From Callorhinchus milii (taxonomy: Eukaryota): a DNA stretch of 64,000 bases. Positions 48,901-62,424 of this stretch are shown in pieces. The position numbers and the translations under genes are program-made. The notes below the pieces were generated by a model, which made no database searches, was not told where the DNA came from, and saw only the letters and a program-made list of their open reading frames with translations. Position 1 is the first letter of the stretch. Every line of letters starts with the position of its first letter. The stretch is from the NCBI RefSeq assembly GCF_018977255.1, contig NW_024704742.1, forward strand, positions 71,488,001 through 71,552,000, in the 5' to 3' direction.

Positions 48901-49940
48901 GCATGGTTCTCACCTCCTCCACCTACCCGACTTCCCCCTAAAACTCTCTGAACCTGAACGGAACCCAAGTGTCAGATTTGACCCCCAATTATCCTTCCTT
49001 CCCCACATCCGGTCCCTTACCAGCACCGCTTTCTTCCACCTCCAACGCATCGCCCGTCTCTGCCAATACCTCACTCCAAAAGCCGCTGAAACCCTGGTCC
49101 ATGCCTTTGTCACCTCTTGGCTGGACTATTCTAATGCCTTCTTCGCTGGTAACCCCTCCACTACAATTCATAAAATTCAGGTCATTCAAAACTCTGCCAC
49201 CAGCATTCTTACCCGCACCAAACTCTGCTCCCCGATTTCCCCAGTCCTTGCCAGATTGCACTGGCTGCCTGTCCCAGAGAGGATCGACTTCAGGATCTTC
49301 ACCCTTGTCTTCAAATCCCTCCACTCCTCTGCACCCCCCACCTCTCTGACCTCTCTCCTCAAACGAGTGCCCGTTGCCTTTGTTCCTTTGGGTCTGGCCT
49401 CCTCCTTGTCTCCAGAATCCTCCGCTCCACCCTCAGTGACCGTGCCTTCAGCCACTACGCCCCAAGGCTCTGGAACTCCCTTCCCCACTCCCTTCGCCTT
49501 GTCCCCTCTCTTCCTATTTTCAGGTCTCGGCTGAAGACCTTTCTTTTCAACCCCAGCTTTGGTCACCTTCCTCGCCATTCCCCTGGCTCGGCCCCGAGAT
49601 CCGCTCTGAGACACCGTCCGCTGTGGAGGGCGCTATATAAATCCAAGTTGTTGTTGTTACAGGGAATGTCATCAGACTAGGAAAATGTTACCAGTGGAGT
49701 TCCACAAGGGTCTGTTTTGGGATCTCTTTTGTTTAATACTTTTATAAATGATCTGGAACTAGGAGTCGCAAGCACAGTGCCTAAGTTTGCAGATGACACA
49801 AGCTAATGAAGGTAATAGATTGTGAAGCTGAAAAAGATAGGTTACAGGAGGATTTGAACTTACCTGGAAATTGGGCAGATCGGTAGCGAATTAAATTCAA
49901 AGTGGAGAAATGTAAAGTACTTCACATGGGGACAAAAATC
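46000..49940 (+). mobile_element. CR1 LINE ORF2 fragment split by a nested L2
   Basis: VDVVYLDFSKAF at 46865-46900. The RT resumes at ~49660 ([17 protein letters not shown]). Confidence 0.88.
47000..49658 (+). mobile_element. Long L2 LINE (APE endonuclease end + RT, internally deleted, frameshifted)
   Basis: IMGDFNLH, PTHNRGHALDLV, PISNLPFLAKVLE, MYVDDTQ and LHWLP motifs; (TTG)n tail. Confidence 0.93.
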
Positions 49941-50659
49941 CTGGAAGGACTATTATTTGAATGGAAGGGTTGTTTCTGTGCTGAGGGCGGCATGGAAACC
50001 CAATTGGAGAGGTTCGTGAAGGGAGTGGTGGGAGAGGAAGGAGCAAAGCTGGGAAGCAACAAATCGTTCCAGGCCCTTGGAGAGGAAAGGGAGGTTGGGG
50101 ATTGGGGGGGGTAGTTTGAGAGTAGAGATGGGTCCAGGGAGGGTTTTTAAGGATAGAAGTGATGACAGCGTTTTTTAGTAGGGTTGGAACAGTACCAGTA
50201 GACAGGGAGACGTTTATGATGTCCCCAGGGAGACGGTTGAAGCAGGAAGTGTTGATTCTTTCAAACCGAGATTAGATAGTTTACTTTTAGGAAGTAACAT
50301 CATGGAATATAGTACATAGGTAGTTTGGGACATATGTGCATGAAACAACCAGGAAGGTGGCAATGCAACACCCCCCACCAGGAAGTGCTGGGGAGTGTTG
50401 CTTTGTCAGAGGTTCCGCCCTTCGGATGAGACGTTAAACCAAGGTCCTGACTGCGTGATCACGTGGACGTTAAGATCCCACAGCATTTTTCAAAATGCGA
50501 GGTGAATCTCTCTCCTCCTGGTGTCCTGTAAAACAATATCCCAAATAAAATTGGTCATCACTCCATGGCTATTTGTGGGACACTGCTGTGTGCAATTGTG
50601 GTGCTGCGTTTGCCTAAAAATAGTCACTCCATTTCACAGTAAATCCTGTGAAGCACTTT

Positions 50660-51465
50660 ATAAAAACAATATAAATATAAAAACAAAGAGATAATGCTAA
50701 ACTTATTTAAATCATTAGTTATGCCGCAGTTAGAATATTGGGTCCAGTATTGGTTACCCCACTTTAGGAAGGATGTCAAGGTGATAGAGCGGGGTCAGAG
50801 GAGATTTACTAGGATGACAGCTGGTGTTGAGCAGTTTGAGCTATGAGTGGAGACTGGAAGAACTGGGATTTTTTCCGCTGGAGTAAAGCAGGTTGAGGGG
50901 TGATCTGATTGAGGTCTTTAAAATGATGAGGGGTTTTGATAGAGTCAAAAGTGAGACATTATTTCCACTGGTCGGTGAGTCAGTAACTGAAGTCAATGAT
51001 TAATATAGTCAATAAAGTAGCAAATGGAGAGGTTAGGAGAATTTGTCTCACACACAGAGTGGTTAGGGTATAAAATATCCTGCCGAAAGCAGTGGTTGAG
51101 GCAGAATCCATATTAGCTTTCAAAAGATAGATAGCTTAAAAAAAAGTAGACTATCGGGGATGGGGAAAGCAGGGAGATGGGACTGAAAGGATTGCTCTTG
51201 AGGGAACAACACAGGTATGATGAGCTAAGTGGCCTTCTGTGTTGTAAATGTTCAACGAGCTCATTTACAGCTCCTAAGGAGATGGTGGAAGCAGAAAGTA
51301 TTATGTCTTTCAAGATTAAATTAGATAGATTTCTGTTAGGAAATAATATCTTGGGATACAGTATATAGTTTGGGACAGGGCATGTTATGCGACTGCCAGG
51401 ATGGTGGAAGGCGAACTGGTTGGACCTTGGTCTTCTTTTGTCTAACAAATTCTTATGTTCTTAAT
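50660..51465 (+). mobile_element. CR1 LINE 3' fragments
   Basis: Homologous to the CR1 3' ORF2/UTR; (TTCTTATG) tail. Confidence 0.85.
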
Positions 51466-52277
51466 GCCTGCGGTTGTATGGTTCTGATCTTCTGACTCAG
51501 AGGCGACAACTGCCAAATCCGGCTGGCTGACTCCACAATCAAATGGAGCCTGACATTTACAGGAATCCACATGATGTGAAGTGATACCGATTAAGGCTAT
51601 GAGTCAGCGTCCTGGCCTCCTGACCCAGTGCTGATTTTGGATGCTGATGGATACGGGCTTCTGTAGATCTAAGATACAGTGGAGCCCACTCTAACATGGC
51701 CCTTGCCTCCTTCAAGACCTGTTTCAAAACCCTCCTCTTTGACTGTGTTTTCGATCACCCTCCTTCCCCCACTGCCCTACACCCTCCCTGATCCAAACCC
51801 CAGCTCGGGTCCAAAACACTGATTGTCCAGCGTCTTGGGACGTTCTCCCGGCGTGAAAGGTGCTATACAAATGTAATTTTGTTGTCATTGGGGGAGGTTA
51901 GCATTAAATGCCAATCAACTTCCATGCCCAAAAACATCACCATCATAATAATCATCCTAGCATTTGATATAACAGCCAGTCACATCACCCCAGCTGGGGG
52001 TTGGGATCAGGACGGGTGGAGGGCAGAGTGAAAATACTACAGAGAGCACTTGCTTCGCAAGTGAGAGGAACCTGGTTCGATTCCCGGGCCGGGCAAAACC
52101 TTAGGCTATTTTCCTTACTCAACATGCCTCTGTTTACCTAGCAATAAGTTGGAACCCAGTTGTTAGTCGATTGGCGGATAATAATCCTTGTGTTTGGTAC
52201 AGCTTTCAAGTGGGTAAAAATCTCTTCAAAAAAATAATTATAATTTGGTCACTCAATCCATGACTGTTTGTGGGATA

Positions 52278-52588
52278 ATAATAATAATAATCCTTGCATT
52301 TGATATAGCGCCTTATTACGTCTTCTAGACGTCTCAAAGCGCTTCAGAGAATATACTGTAAAGTGAATTAACTGTATATTTGTGGGCGAAACGCGGCAGC
52401 CAATTGCGCATAGCAGTGTCCCACAAATAGTCGTGGTTTGAAGTGACCAATTATTGTTTTTTTTCTTGAGGGATTATTATTAGGCATGTGGAGTAAGGAA
52501 ACTTGGCCAAGGTTTCGCCCTGCCGGGAATTGAACCAGGCGTCTCATTTGAGAGGCGAGTGCTGTAACCACTGAGCTACAGGACTCCA
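52278..52588 (-). mobile_element. tRNA-derived SINE (short subfamily)
   Basis: Reverse complement of the 41293 copy with few changes. Confidence 0.88.
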
Positions 52589-53924
52589 CAATGGCTCTCA
52601 GAGACATGTTAAGCTTTTCTCACACAAGGCAATTTGTATGAGATTCTTCCCCAAAAAGGTTTTGAGATATGAAATGTAATTAAAAGAGAAAAAAAAGTTT
52701 TAAATAAACAAAATCAATTTTGCAGTTTGCTGTCTGCATATTCTTTCAAACCCAACTTTTTTTTATATACACAACAAAACCAAAAAATACTGTATTAAAA
52801 ATGTTTAACGAATCTAGAACATGTTATTTTGAATTTTAGTCAAATTGGATATGGAATGTAATTAAAAGATACTGCTGTGCACGTTTGGCTGCCATGTTTC
52901 GCCCACAAAGTATAGTCAATCCACTTCACAGTCTATTCTGTGAAGTGCTCAAAGATGTAATAAGGCATTACATCAAATGCAAAGATTATTATCAAATATT
53001 ATAGACAGAGAGAGAGAGAAAGAAAGAGAAATATGCAAACGTGCGGACAGAGTGAGAGAGCAGAGCTGGCTGGAGTCCAGCACAAACCAGCTGCATTCAC
53101 TTCAAATTGGAGTGTGGCGATGTCTCTGGCTGCTCTGTGACCCTGGCTCCTGGCAGACCCCGCTTTGGGCTCCTCTGACAGCGCTCACACACCACATGCC
53201 CTACATGCCCCTTACAGTGGGGGGAGCAGACTTTGTAAACCAAATCCGGAGAAACAGATAGAACAAACTGAACTCACCACAATCCCTGATGACTGGTTGT
53301 TGGATTAATGACTGTTTCTCTGATGAGTGTATCTGGTTTAGAATTTTATTGCTCTTGCTCAGTTTGTTGCTGAACTTAAGAAAGGGCAAAATATCTCATC
53401 CAGGGACTGTCCCTGGGAATCGGGGAATTATGGCCACCTTACCTACACCATCAGAGGCCACTGTGTGTGTGTGTCTGTAGCTGTGAGTGCATCTATGTGT
53501 ATCTGTGTGCGTGTGTGTATATCGGTGTGCGAATGACTGTGTGCTGTGTATAGATATACATATAGTGTGTGTGTGTATCTGTGTGTGAGTGAGTGTGAGA
53601 GTGTGTGTGTGTCTGTATCCGTGTATGTGTATCTGTTGATGGCTGTCTGTGTTCGTATGTATGTGTGTCTCTGTGTGTGAGTCAGTGTGTGTGTTTGTGT
53701 GTCTGGATTTTGTGGGTGAAACCCGGTAGCCAATTGTGCACAGCAGCGTCCCACAAACATTCATGGATTGAGTGACCAAATTTTTTTTAAAGGGATTATT
53801 ACCCCTGGAAAACGATCTACCAATCGACTAACAACCGGGTTCCTACTTATGAGTTCCTACCTCTAGTTTGCGAGGCGGGTGCACTAACAAATATGCTACA
53901 TGACACTAAGACAAATGCAAATGT

Positions 53925-53999
53925 TGGGTGCGTGGGGGGCACTTCTTGATGGCCCCAGGGGCCACTTCTGGCCCGTGGGCCACAGGTTGGCCACCATTG
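53925..53999. mobile_element. hAT-like terminal fragment
   Basis: TGGCCCGTGGGCCACAGGTTGGCCACCATTG followed by GCTTAGAC, which resembles a Charlie target site. Confidence 0.5.
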
Positions 54000-54679
54000 G
54001 CTTAGACTGTGAGCTCAAAGCCTCCGATAAGGGGTTTAAACTCATTGAGTGAGGCGAGAGTGCAAGTGACAGCCAGGCTGAGTGAAATCTCACTGCTTAT
54101 AGCAGTATGTGACAAACATATCAACAATATAATTTTAAACGCTGCTCTGCCCTTTCTGAGCCAGGGTGTTCCACCTTCTGACAACCCTCTGTCACTATCT
54201 CTGGTGATAATCCTCCGTTTATAGCCTAGAACCAGAGAAATTTGCAAAACAGAAGAAGGCCATTCGTCCCATCGTGTCTGTTCCTGCTCCTTTAAAAGCA
54301 ATCTTTTCAGGCCCATTTCTCTACTCTTTCCACATACAAAAACAAACTTGCATTGCACAGCGTTCTTCACTCAGGGCAGAGTCATGGAAGTGGCGAATCC
54401 TGATGCTGAGTCAAGGGGAGGGAGGAGGTGACCATAGGAATGGTTGAAAAAGAAGGTCTTCAGGTGCGACCTGAAGATGGGGAAGGAGGGGCAAGTCAGA
54501 GGGATTGAGCTAGAGTTTTGGAGTGTAGTGGCTGAAAGCACATCCACCGATGGTGAAACAGAGAGCACGAGGGACAAGCAGGAGGCCAGAGCCAGCAAAT
54601 GGTGGAGTGGGGAGTAAGCAGGTCAGAAAGGTAAGGAGCTAAAGAGATTTGTAGACGAGCGAGAGGACTGTAGCTGACT

Positions 54680-55100
54680 CGTTTTAGCTTTCTATCTCAT
54701 TCCCTTTTGAAAGCAAATATGGATTGTGTCTCAACCACCGCTCCTGGCAAGGCATTTTATACCCTAACCACTCTGTGTGACACAAATTCTCCTAACCTCC
54801 CACTTCCTCTTTTACTACCTATCTTAGTCACTGACTTCAGTAACCCTCCAGTTACCGACTCGCTGACCAGTGGAAATAATATCTCCCTAATGTCTCTATC
54901 AAAACCCCTCATCATTTTAAAGACCTCGATCAGGTCGCCCCTCATCCCGCTTTGTTCCAGAGGAAAAAGTCTCAGTTCCCTCCAGTCTCCCCTCATGGAC
55001 CAAACCACTCATCCCCGGTATCATCCTAGTAAATCTCCTCTGCAACGCCCTTCCTCTCCCCCACCCATCGCCTTGATGTATTTCCTAAGCTTCTTGTTAA
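54680..55100 (-). mobile_element. CR1 LINE 3' fragment
   Basis: LFPLEQ..RGDLIEVFKMMRGFDR. Confidence 0.85.
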
Positions 55101-56982
55101 CGACTAGTAGAAATATTCTCCCTTTATTCACATGTTGGTAACCACAACAATATGCATTCGTACAGTGTCGTTCACGCAGGATAGTACCTCGGAGCGCTGC
55201 ACAGTGGCTGTGCACGAGCTACATCATAGTAATTATCTTTGCATTTGATATCACGCCTTTATTATGTCATTGAGCTGTCTCAAAACGCTTCACAGAATGT
55301 ACTGTAAAGTGAATTGAATAAATTTTGTGGGCGAAACGCGGCGGCCAATTGCTCACAGCAGTGTCCTACAAACAGTTGTGGATTTTAGATTATCATCACA
55401 GTAACACAGAAAGAGGTTAGGAGAATTGTTTTACACACACACTCGCACATACACACACATACTCACACACGCACTCACACTCACAGACACACGCTTGGAC
55501 TCACACACACATAAACATACAGCCATAGACACACACTCACACACTCAGTTATGAGGACAGTGATGGCCGTAGCAGACAGTAGGTGAGGCAGACAGTCAGT
55601 GTAAGTGTTTGAATGGACCTGGGGCAGTCTATGCTGATATCAGCTCTTACCCTTTGCTCCACATCTCCCTGCATCTTGGCAGGGAATCTGCGCAGGAGCA
55701 GAGAGGCAGGAAAAGGGCAGTACGTAGATTGAGGAATGCTGTGGTGGTTAGGAGAACGGAAGTTTACTTACTGAGCACATTGTCCCAGCCAGTTTGGAAT
55801 TCCCGAGATTAAATCCTCTCAAAACATTTGCCACTTGGAGCCACATTTGGGTAGGGGAGGGGCCGGGACCTCACCCCAACACAGGAGGATTTAAGGTGGA
55901 ATGTTCATAACACGGAGTGTGGAGTCCTGTAACTTAGCGGTTAGAGCACTGACCTCGAGAAAACCTGGGTTCGATTACTGGGCTTGCCCCCTCTCTCCTC
56001 TTTTTCAAGCCCGCCTGAAAACCTTCCTCTTTGAACGTGCTTATGGTCACCTCCCCGTCCCCCCCACCGGCTGCGATTCAGGCTCCGCCACTGTTAAACG
56101 CTCTTGAGACGCTACTCTGTTAGGAGGGTGCTATATAAGTGCAAGATGCTGTTGTTAGGCAAGTTTCCTTACTACACACACCCCTGTTTACCTAGCAGTA
56201 AGTAGGAACCCAATTTTTAGTCGTTTGGCATATTACTTTCCAGGCATAATAATCCCTTAAAAAAAATGTGGTCACTCAATCCACAACTGTTTGTGGGACA
56301 TTGCTGTGTGCAATTGGCTGCCGAGTTTCGCCCACAAAATACATGGTCAATTCACTCTACAGTATATTCTTAACAATGTGCAATGGTCTATATCAAATGC
56401 AAGGATTATTATTATTAATAAAACAAAGAGTGTTCAAAACAGTGTGTTGAAACTTTCCATCTTAACCCAGGTCATTGACTCACTGACGCTCAAGTTAGGT
56501 CTGTCATTGATACAGTGAAAGTCTGACAGCAGGACATCTGAACTCAATATAGTCCACCATCCTGTCTGTGATCTGGGAGTGTGGATGGACAGTGTAGAGG
56601 GAGTTTTACTCTGTCTCTAACCCTTGCTGTCGCTGACCTGGGAGTGTGGATGGAGGAAATAATATAAAAATAATCCTTACATTTGATATAGCACCTTTCA
56701 CATCAGGAAGATGTACGCAAGAATCACTGAAAAGTGTATTGACAATGTCTTTTGTAGGCAAAACGCAGCAGCAAATTTGTATACAGCAAAGTCCTACAAA
56801 CAACCTATTGGCCAGACACCGGGATAGAGAAACTCCCTTCTCTTTTCCAAAAGTGCAGCGGGATTTTTAACGTTCACTTGACCAGGCACAGATGGGACCT
56901 CAGTTCAACGTCTCATCTGAAGGATAGCAGCTGTAATAAAGAACACCTATCCTGTACTATAATGTATTTGTTTTCACCACAG

Positions 56983-57088
56983 GTTTCTGGGGGAAGTGAA
57001 CACCAACTTGAAAGATGTCCTGAACTCTCCCAACTTGGCAGCCAATTACAACCTGACTTTACTGGACCCCAAGAAACAAAGCACTGGG
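56983..57088 (+). CDS. DYSF: Dysferlin exon 4
   Basis: Acceptor ttttcaccacag|, 106 nt, (R)FLGEVNTNLKDVLNSPNLAANYNLTLLDPKKQSTG, donor GGG|GTAAGT. Confidence 0.95.
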
Positions 57089-58821
57089 GTAAGTAAGTTC
57101 CAGTCTCATAAACCGCTCACCACCTCCAGTTGAGTGAGGTGGGGGTCTGGTGGAGAGGAGAGAAGACAAGCTGATTTACAAGGCACAACCAAACTTCTCT
57201 GTGATTGAAAGCATCATAGCCAACAGTCCATTCTGGCCCTCCAATGAAGTGCTGGGGGAAGCACTGCGTTGTAAGAGACACCGTCCTTCACATTAAAACC
57301 GAGGTCCAGTTTGTGCCTGTTGAAATGTGCTATAGAAATGAATGTTCTTAATGGGTTGGGTGGGGAGTTCTCAGGCTGTGGAACAGGCTGCTCAGAAACA
57401 CTGAAAGACCAGTGTGGGGTTCTGTAGTGTAGTGATTAGCTATGACAGGACCCGGGTTTGATTCCCGGCCGGGAGAAACATTAGGCAAGTTTCCTTACTC
57501 CTCACACCTCTGTTTACCTACCATTAATTAGGAATCCAGTTATTAGTTGATTGGTGAATCACTTTCCCGGAGATAATAATACCTTCAAATTTTTTTTATA
57601 TAAGAATAATTTGGTCCTTCAATCCACGATTGTGGGACACTGCTGTGCGCAATTGGCTGTCGGGTTTCGCCCACAAAATATATAGTCAATCCACTTTGCA
57701 GTATATTCTGTGAAGTGCTTTGAAACGCCTCAATTATGTGATAAGGTGTGATATCAAATCCAAGTATTATTATAACAAGCCCCCCTGCACTGCACAGGAG
57801 AGTGAGCCTGGACTGTGACCTTAGTATCCCCGAGGTGAGTATGGGGCAGTGTGGGTGTGGGGGGGAAGCTTGAAGCTGCAACCTCCTGACCCGAGGTGAG
57901 AGGTTGAGCGAGTGAGCAAGTGAGTGAGCGAGTGAACGGTGTAGCCCACGGAATGACAGAGCTGGGCTGTGAACAGCTGATGGAAAATCTGGAGGCTGGA
58001 ATGTCAGAATCCAGCCTCTCTTACACAGAGAATTCAGAGCAGCCGCACACAGCCTCATTATTTCCATGGCAATAGCAGAGCGGAGGCTAAACTGTTTACA
58101 CTAATAACAGACACTAAACACAGGACCACCAAATTCCACCTAGCCTCAGCCTGCCACTCCGATTCTGTCTTAAAACTTAAGGTGGAATTGTGAAAAAAAG
58201 CGAGAGGACCCGGGTTCGATTCCTGGACAGGGAGAAACCTTAGACAAGTTTCTTTACTCCATATGTCTCTGTTTACCTATAATAATATAATATATAATAA
58301 ACCTTGCATTTGATAAAGCGCTTTTTCACATCGTTGATACGTCTCAAAGCGCTTCACAGAATATGCTGTAAAGTGGATTGACCACATTTTTGGGGGCGAA
58401 ACAAGGCAGCCAATTGCACATAACAGTGGCCCACAAGCAGTCATGGATTGAGTGACCTAATTATTTTATTATTTTGAAGGGATTAGTACCCCTGGAAAGC
58501 GATATGCCCATTGACTAACAACCGGGTTCCTATTTACGCTCAGTGAACAGAGGCATGTGGAGTAAGGAATCTTGCCTAAGGTTTCGCTATCCAGCAGTAA
58601 GTAGGAATCCGGTTGTCAGTCTGTTTCAGAGCCTTGGGACATCCTCCTGATATGAAAGGGGCTATACAAATGTAATTTGTTGTTGTTGATTGGCAGGTCG
58701 CTTTCCGAGGGCAATGGTCTGTGTGTGAGCCTGGTGCAATGGTAGCGCTCTCGCCCCTGAGTTAAAAGGTCATGGTCTCAAGCCCCAAGTCACGACTTGG
58801 AATCACATAGTCTAAGACAGA

Positions 58822-59980
58822 CAGCGTCGTCCAATAACTGGGCCCGCGGGTGACAACGGCCCAGCGGGTGATTTTATGCGGCCCACGGCCATTTCCAACA
58901 TTCCAACTTCCACTCCCTCCCTCCCTGGTGAACGTCCTCCCAGGACAACGGCAGGAGCTGGCGGTTGGAGAGTGGAAATATTACCAGCCATTACCGAAGT
59001 CTGTCAGGAAGGCATCTCATCAACCACATCCTTAGCAGCTTAAGTCCTGTCCTGCTGCTGCAGACAGTGATCCGCATGGCTGATTGAGAAAGAGAGGGAT
59101 TGAGAGGGGGGGAAAAAGAGGGGGAGAGGGGATAGAGAGGGGAGCGGGGTTTAGAGGGGGAGAGAGGGGGTTTAGCGGGGGAGGGAGGGGGGGGTTAGAG
59201 GGGAAGAGAGAGCGGTGGCTTAGAGGGAGAGAGAGAGGTGGGTTAGAGTGGGAGAAACGGGGGTTAGAGGGTAGAGAGAGGGGGAGAGAGAGAAGTGTAT
59301 TTTTGTGAGAGAGGTGTAAGAAAAAGAGTGTGAGAGAGAGACTATGACAGATTGATTGAGAAAGGGAGAGAGCAGAGAGAGAGTGGGAGAGGGGGAGAGA
59401 GAGAGTATGAGGGGGGAGGGAATGAATGTGAGGTAGAAGGGGAGAGAAACAGAGAGAGATTGGGGGTGCGAATAGAGAGAGTGTGTGTGGGAGAGAGTGA
59501 GAGAGAGTAATTGAGAGAGGGAGAGAGGGTGTGTGAGAGAGAGAAGAAGGGGGAGGTGGACTGTGAGAGGGAAGTGAAGTCTGAGAAGGTGTGAGAAGTG
59601 GAGTGAGAGAGAGTACTTGTGTGTCCGAGAGAGTGAGAGGGGGAGAGAAGGAGAGAGAGTATCCCTCCCCCCCTCTCTCCTCCCCCCTCACCCCTCTCTC
59701 TACCCTCTCCACCTCTTCCCTCCTTTCTCTTCCCCTCTGTAGCGGCAGGATCAACTTGTTAAGGACGGTAAGAGGTGCGCTTGCCTCCCTGACAGACTAC
59801 AGTGGTTGGTATTATTTCCACTCACTGCGCTGCGTCCTTCCAACCACCAGCTCCTGCAGCTGACCTGGGTTTATCAGGGAGGGATGGAGCATGAGTTGGA
59901 ATGTTGGAAATGGTCTCGGGCCGGATAAAATCACCGGCAGGGCCGGATGTGGCCCGCGGGCTGCCAGCTGGCCCACTCTG
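58822..59980. mobile_element. hAT (Charlie-like) non-autonomous element with long subterminal inverted repeats
   Basis: Ends CAGCGTCGTCCAA.../...TGGCCCACTCTG, GGCCCGCGGG subterminal motifs, ~240-bp diverged inverted arms around a GA-rich core. No TSD recognisable. Confidence 0.7.
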
Positions 59981-60699
59981 GATGCAGCAATAAAATAGTT
60001 CACTCACTCCGTGGCTGTTTGTAGGACACTGCTGTGTGCAATTGGCTGCTGCTTTTCACCCACAAAATGCACAATCGCAGCACTTTACCGTATATCCTGT
60101 GAAGCACTTTGAGACGTCTCAATGATGTGACAGGGCACTACACCAAATACATGGATTATTATTATTATTAGTAAGCCTTGCATTCAATATGGCGCCTTTC
60201 ATGTCTTCAGAACGTCTCAAATCGCTTCATGGGATTCAGGGTAAAGTGTAGTGACTGTGTTTTGCAGATGAATGTGGCAACGAGTATCCTCAGGTCCTTC
60301 AGGCTGTATAGAGTTGTAGGACTCCCCAAATTCTGCCGATCTTTAACTTGAAGCGAATGGTTTGAAAGCTAAGCACTCAAGGAATTTTGCTTCCTCCCTC
60401 TGCCTCTCCCCCTCCCCGCCTCACACACACACATGATGGTCTCATCACAAGACACAAGTGTTCTGTTGTGTCCGTGCTGCCTCCTCTTTGTGTTCCTCAC
60501 TGAGCTCAAAACAAGGCTTATCACAATGTTTCCGATTCTTAACTCATTCAGGCCCAGAATGTCAAAGCTGTGAAACGACTCGCTCCATTGCTCCCTCCTT
60601 CCCTGCCTCAGATTCCTCACTCTCTCCTACACTCGCCAGGACTCCCTGCTCCCTCTTATACTCAGCACGGTGTCTCATTCTTCATTTCCTCCCTCCGCC

Positions 60700-61075
60700 A
60701 CTGGACTCCTCACTCCTTGCTTTTGCATTTGGTACAGCACCTTATCACGTCAGAAGGACGTCTCCAAGCGCTACACAGGATTTACTGTCAAATGGAGTGA
60801 CTGTATTTTGTAGGTAAACCCAGCAGCACAATTATACACAGCAGTGTCGCACAAACAGCAATTGGAGTGATTGACCAATCTTATTTGGGGGATTGTTGGC
60901 CAGGACGCCAGGAGAGAAAAGCTCCCTTCTCTATTTGAATAGGATCATGGGATCTTAAAGTTCCACCTGAACGGGCAGACAAGGCTTCGGTTTAACAGCT
61001 TACCTGAAGGACAGCATCTCCGATAATGCAACACGCTCCCAGCACTGCATTGGAGCGTTAGCTTAACTATGTGAT
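60700..61075 (-). mobile_element. Deu-domain SINE
   Basis: Reverse complement carries the Deu motif and the shared tail. Confidence 0.8.
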
Positions 61076-62074
61076 ACCGAGTTCCAAAGTTGGACTCCCT
61101 CCTACACTTCACAGAACTCTTCACCATCCTCACTCTTCCCTTCTTCCTACACACTACAAAGCTCCTCCTTCACTCTCTCATAAGACCCTATGATCCTTCT
61201 GACAGTACCAAGACAGTAGAACAAGAGGGCACAGGTTTAGAGATGTAAAGGGGAATTTCAGGACAGACATCAGGAAGTGTTTGTTTACCCAGAGGGTAAT
61301 TAATGACTGGAACGGGGTTACCAGGAAGGGTGGTTGAGGCCAGGACACTGGGACTCGTTTACAAAGCAGAGATGTGATTAGATGTGCCAAAGGGCTTTCT
61401 TTATCTAGGACACCAATCTTGTGATTTTGTGCTCTCATCCTTCCAGAATGTTCAGCCAACAAACTCACTCAATTAATATCCTCTAGTCACTGACTAGAGA
61501 GTCAAAGTGTCCTGGCGTCAACTACGCTTCCTATCAGCCTGCCCACAAAATAAACAGTCAATCCACTTTACAGTATATCCTGTGAAGCGCTTTGAGACGT
61601 CTCAGTTACATAATAAGGCGCTATATCTAATGCAAGGATTATTATTATTGTTGTTGATGATGTTGTTGTTGATGTGTGAAGTCATATAGCATAGTGATTA
61701 GAGCACTAGCCTCGCAAGTGAGAAGACGGTTCGATTCCCGGGCAGGGCGAAACCTCAGGCAAGTTTTCTTACTCCACACTGGGTCTCTGTTTACCCAGCA
61801 GTAAGTAGGAACCCGGTTGTTAGCGGATTGGTGGATTGCTTTCCGGGGATAATAATCCCTTCAAATATAAATCTGGTCACTCAATCAATATTGTGTGCAA
61901 TTAGCTGCCGTGTTTCACCCACAAAATACACAGTCACTAAACTTAACAATACATTCTGTGATGTCTCAACGATGTGATAAGGCATTATATCAAATGCAAT
62001 GATTATTATTGTTATTGATGGTTTTGATGCTGTTGTGGAGCATGTGAATTATCAGTGTGTTTTTCCTTCTCCAG

Positions 62075-62192
62075 GCCACCATCATTCTGCAGGTCTCATA
62101 CCTGCCCCCTCCGGGAGCTGCTCCACTGTACCCCTCCCCAGCCCTGAACGAGGCGACATCAGTCACAACTACCGACACTGACACGCCAACAG
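62075..62192 (+). CDS. DYSF: Dysferlin exon 5
   Basis: Acceptor ttttccttctccag|, 118 nt, ATIILQVSYLPPPGAAPLYPSPALNEATSVTTTDTDTPT, donor CAG|GTACGG. Phase 1 matches exon 6. Confidence 0.92.
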
Positions 62193-62424
62193 GTACGGCA
62201 TACGCCAACAGATACGGCACACGCTAACAGGATCCGCACACGCTAACAGGTGCAGCACTCGCTAACAGGTACAGGACACGTGCCCAGGACATGAGATCTC
62301 AAATTCATCATGGTCTTCTCCTTCAAACCATTGTCTTACAATTTAAGACAGTGCAGGACATTGGAAATATTCTTAAATCCTGCCTTAAATGGCCAAAAAC
62401 TAGGACAAAATGGTGACTGTATTG

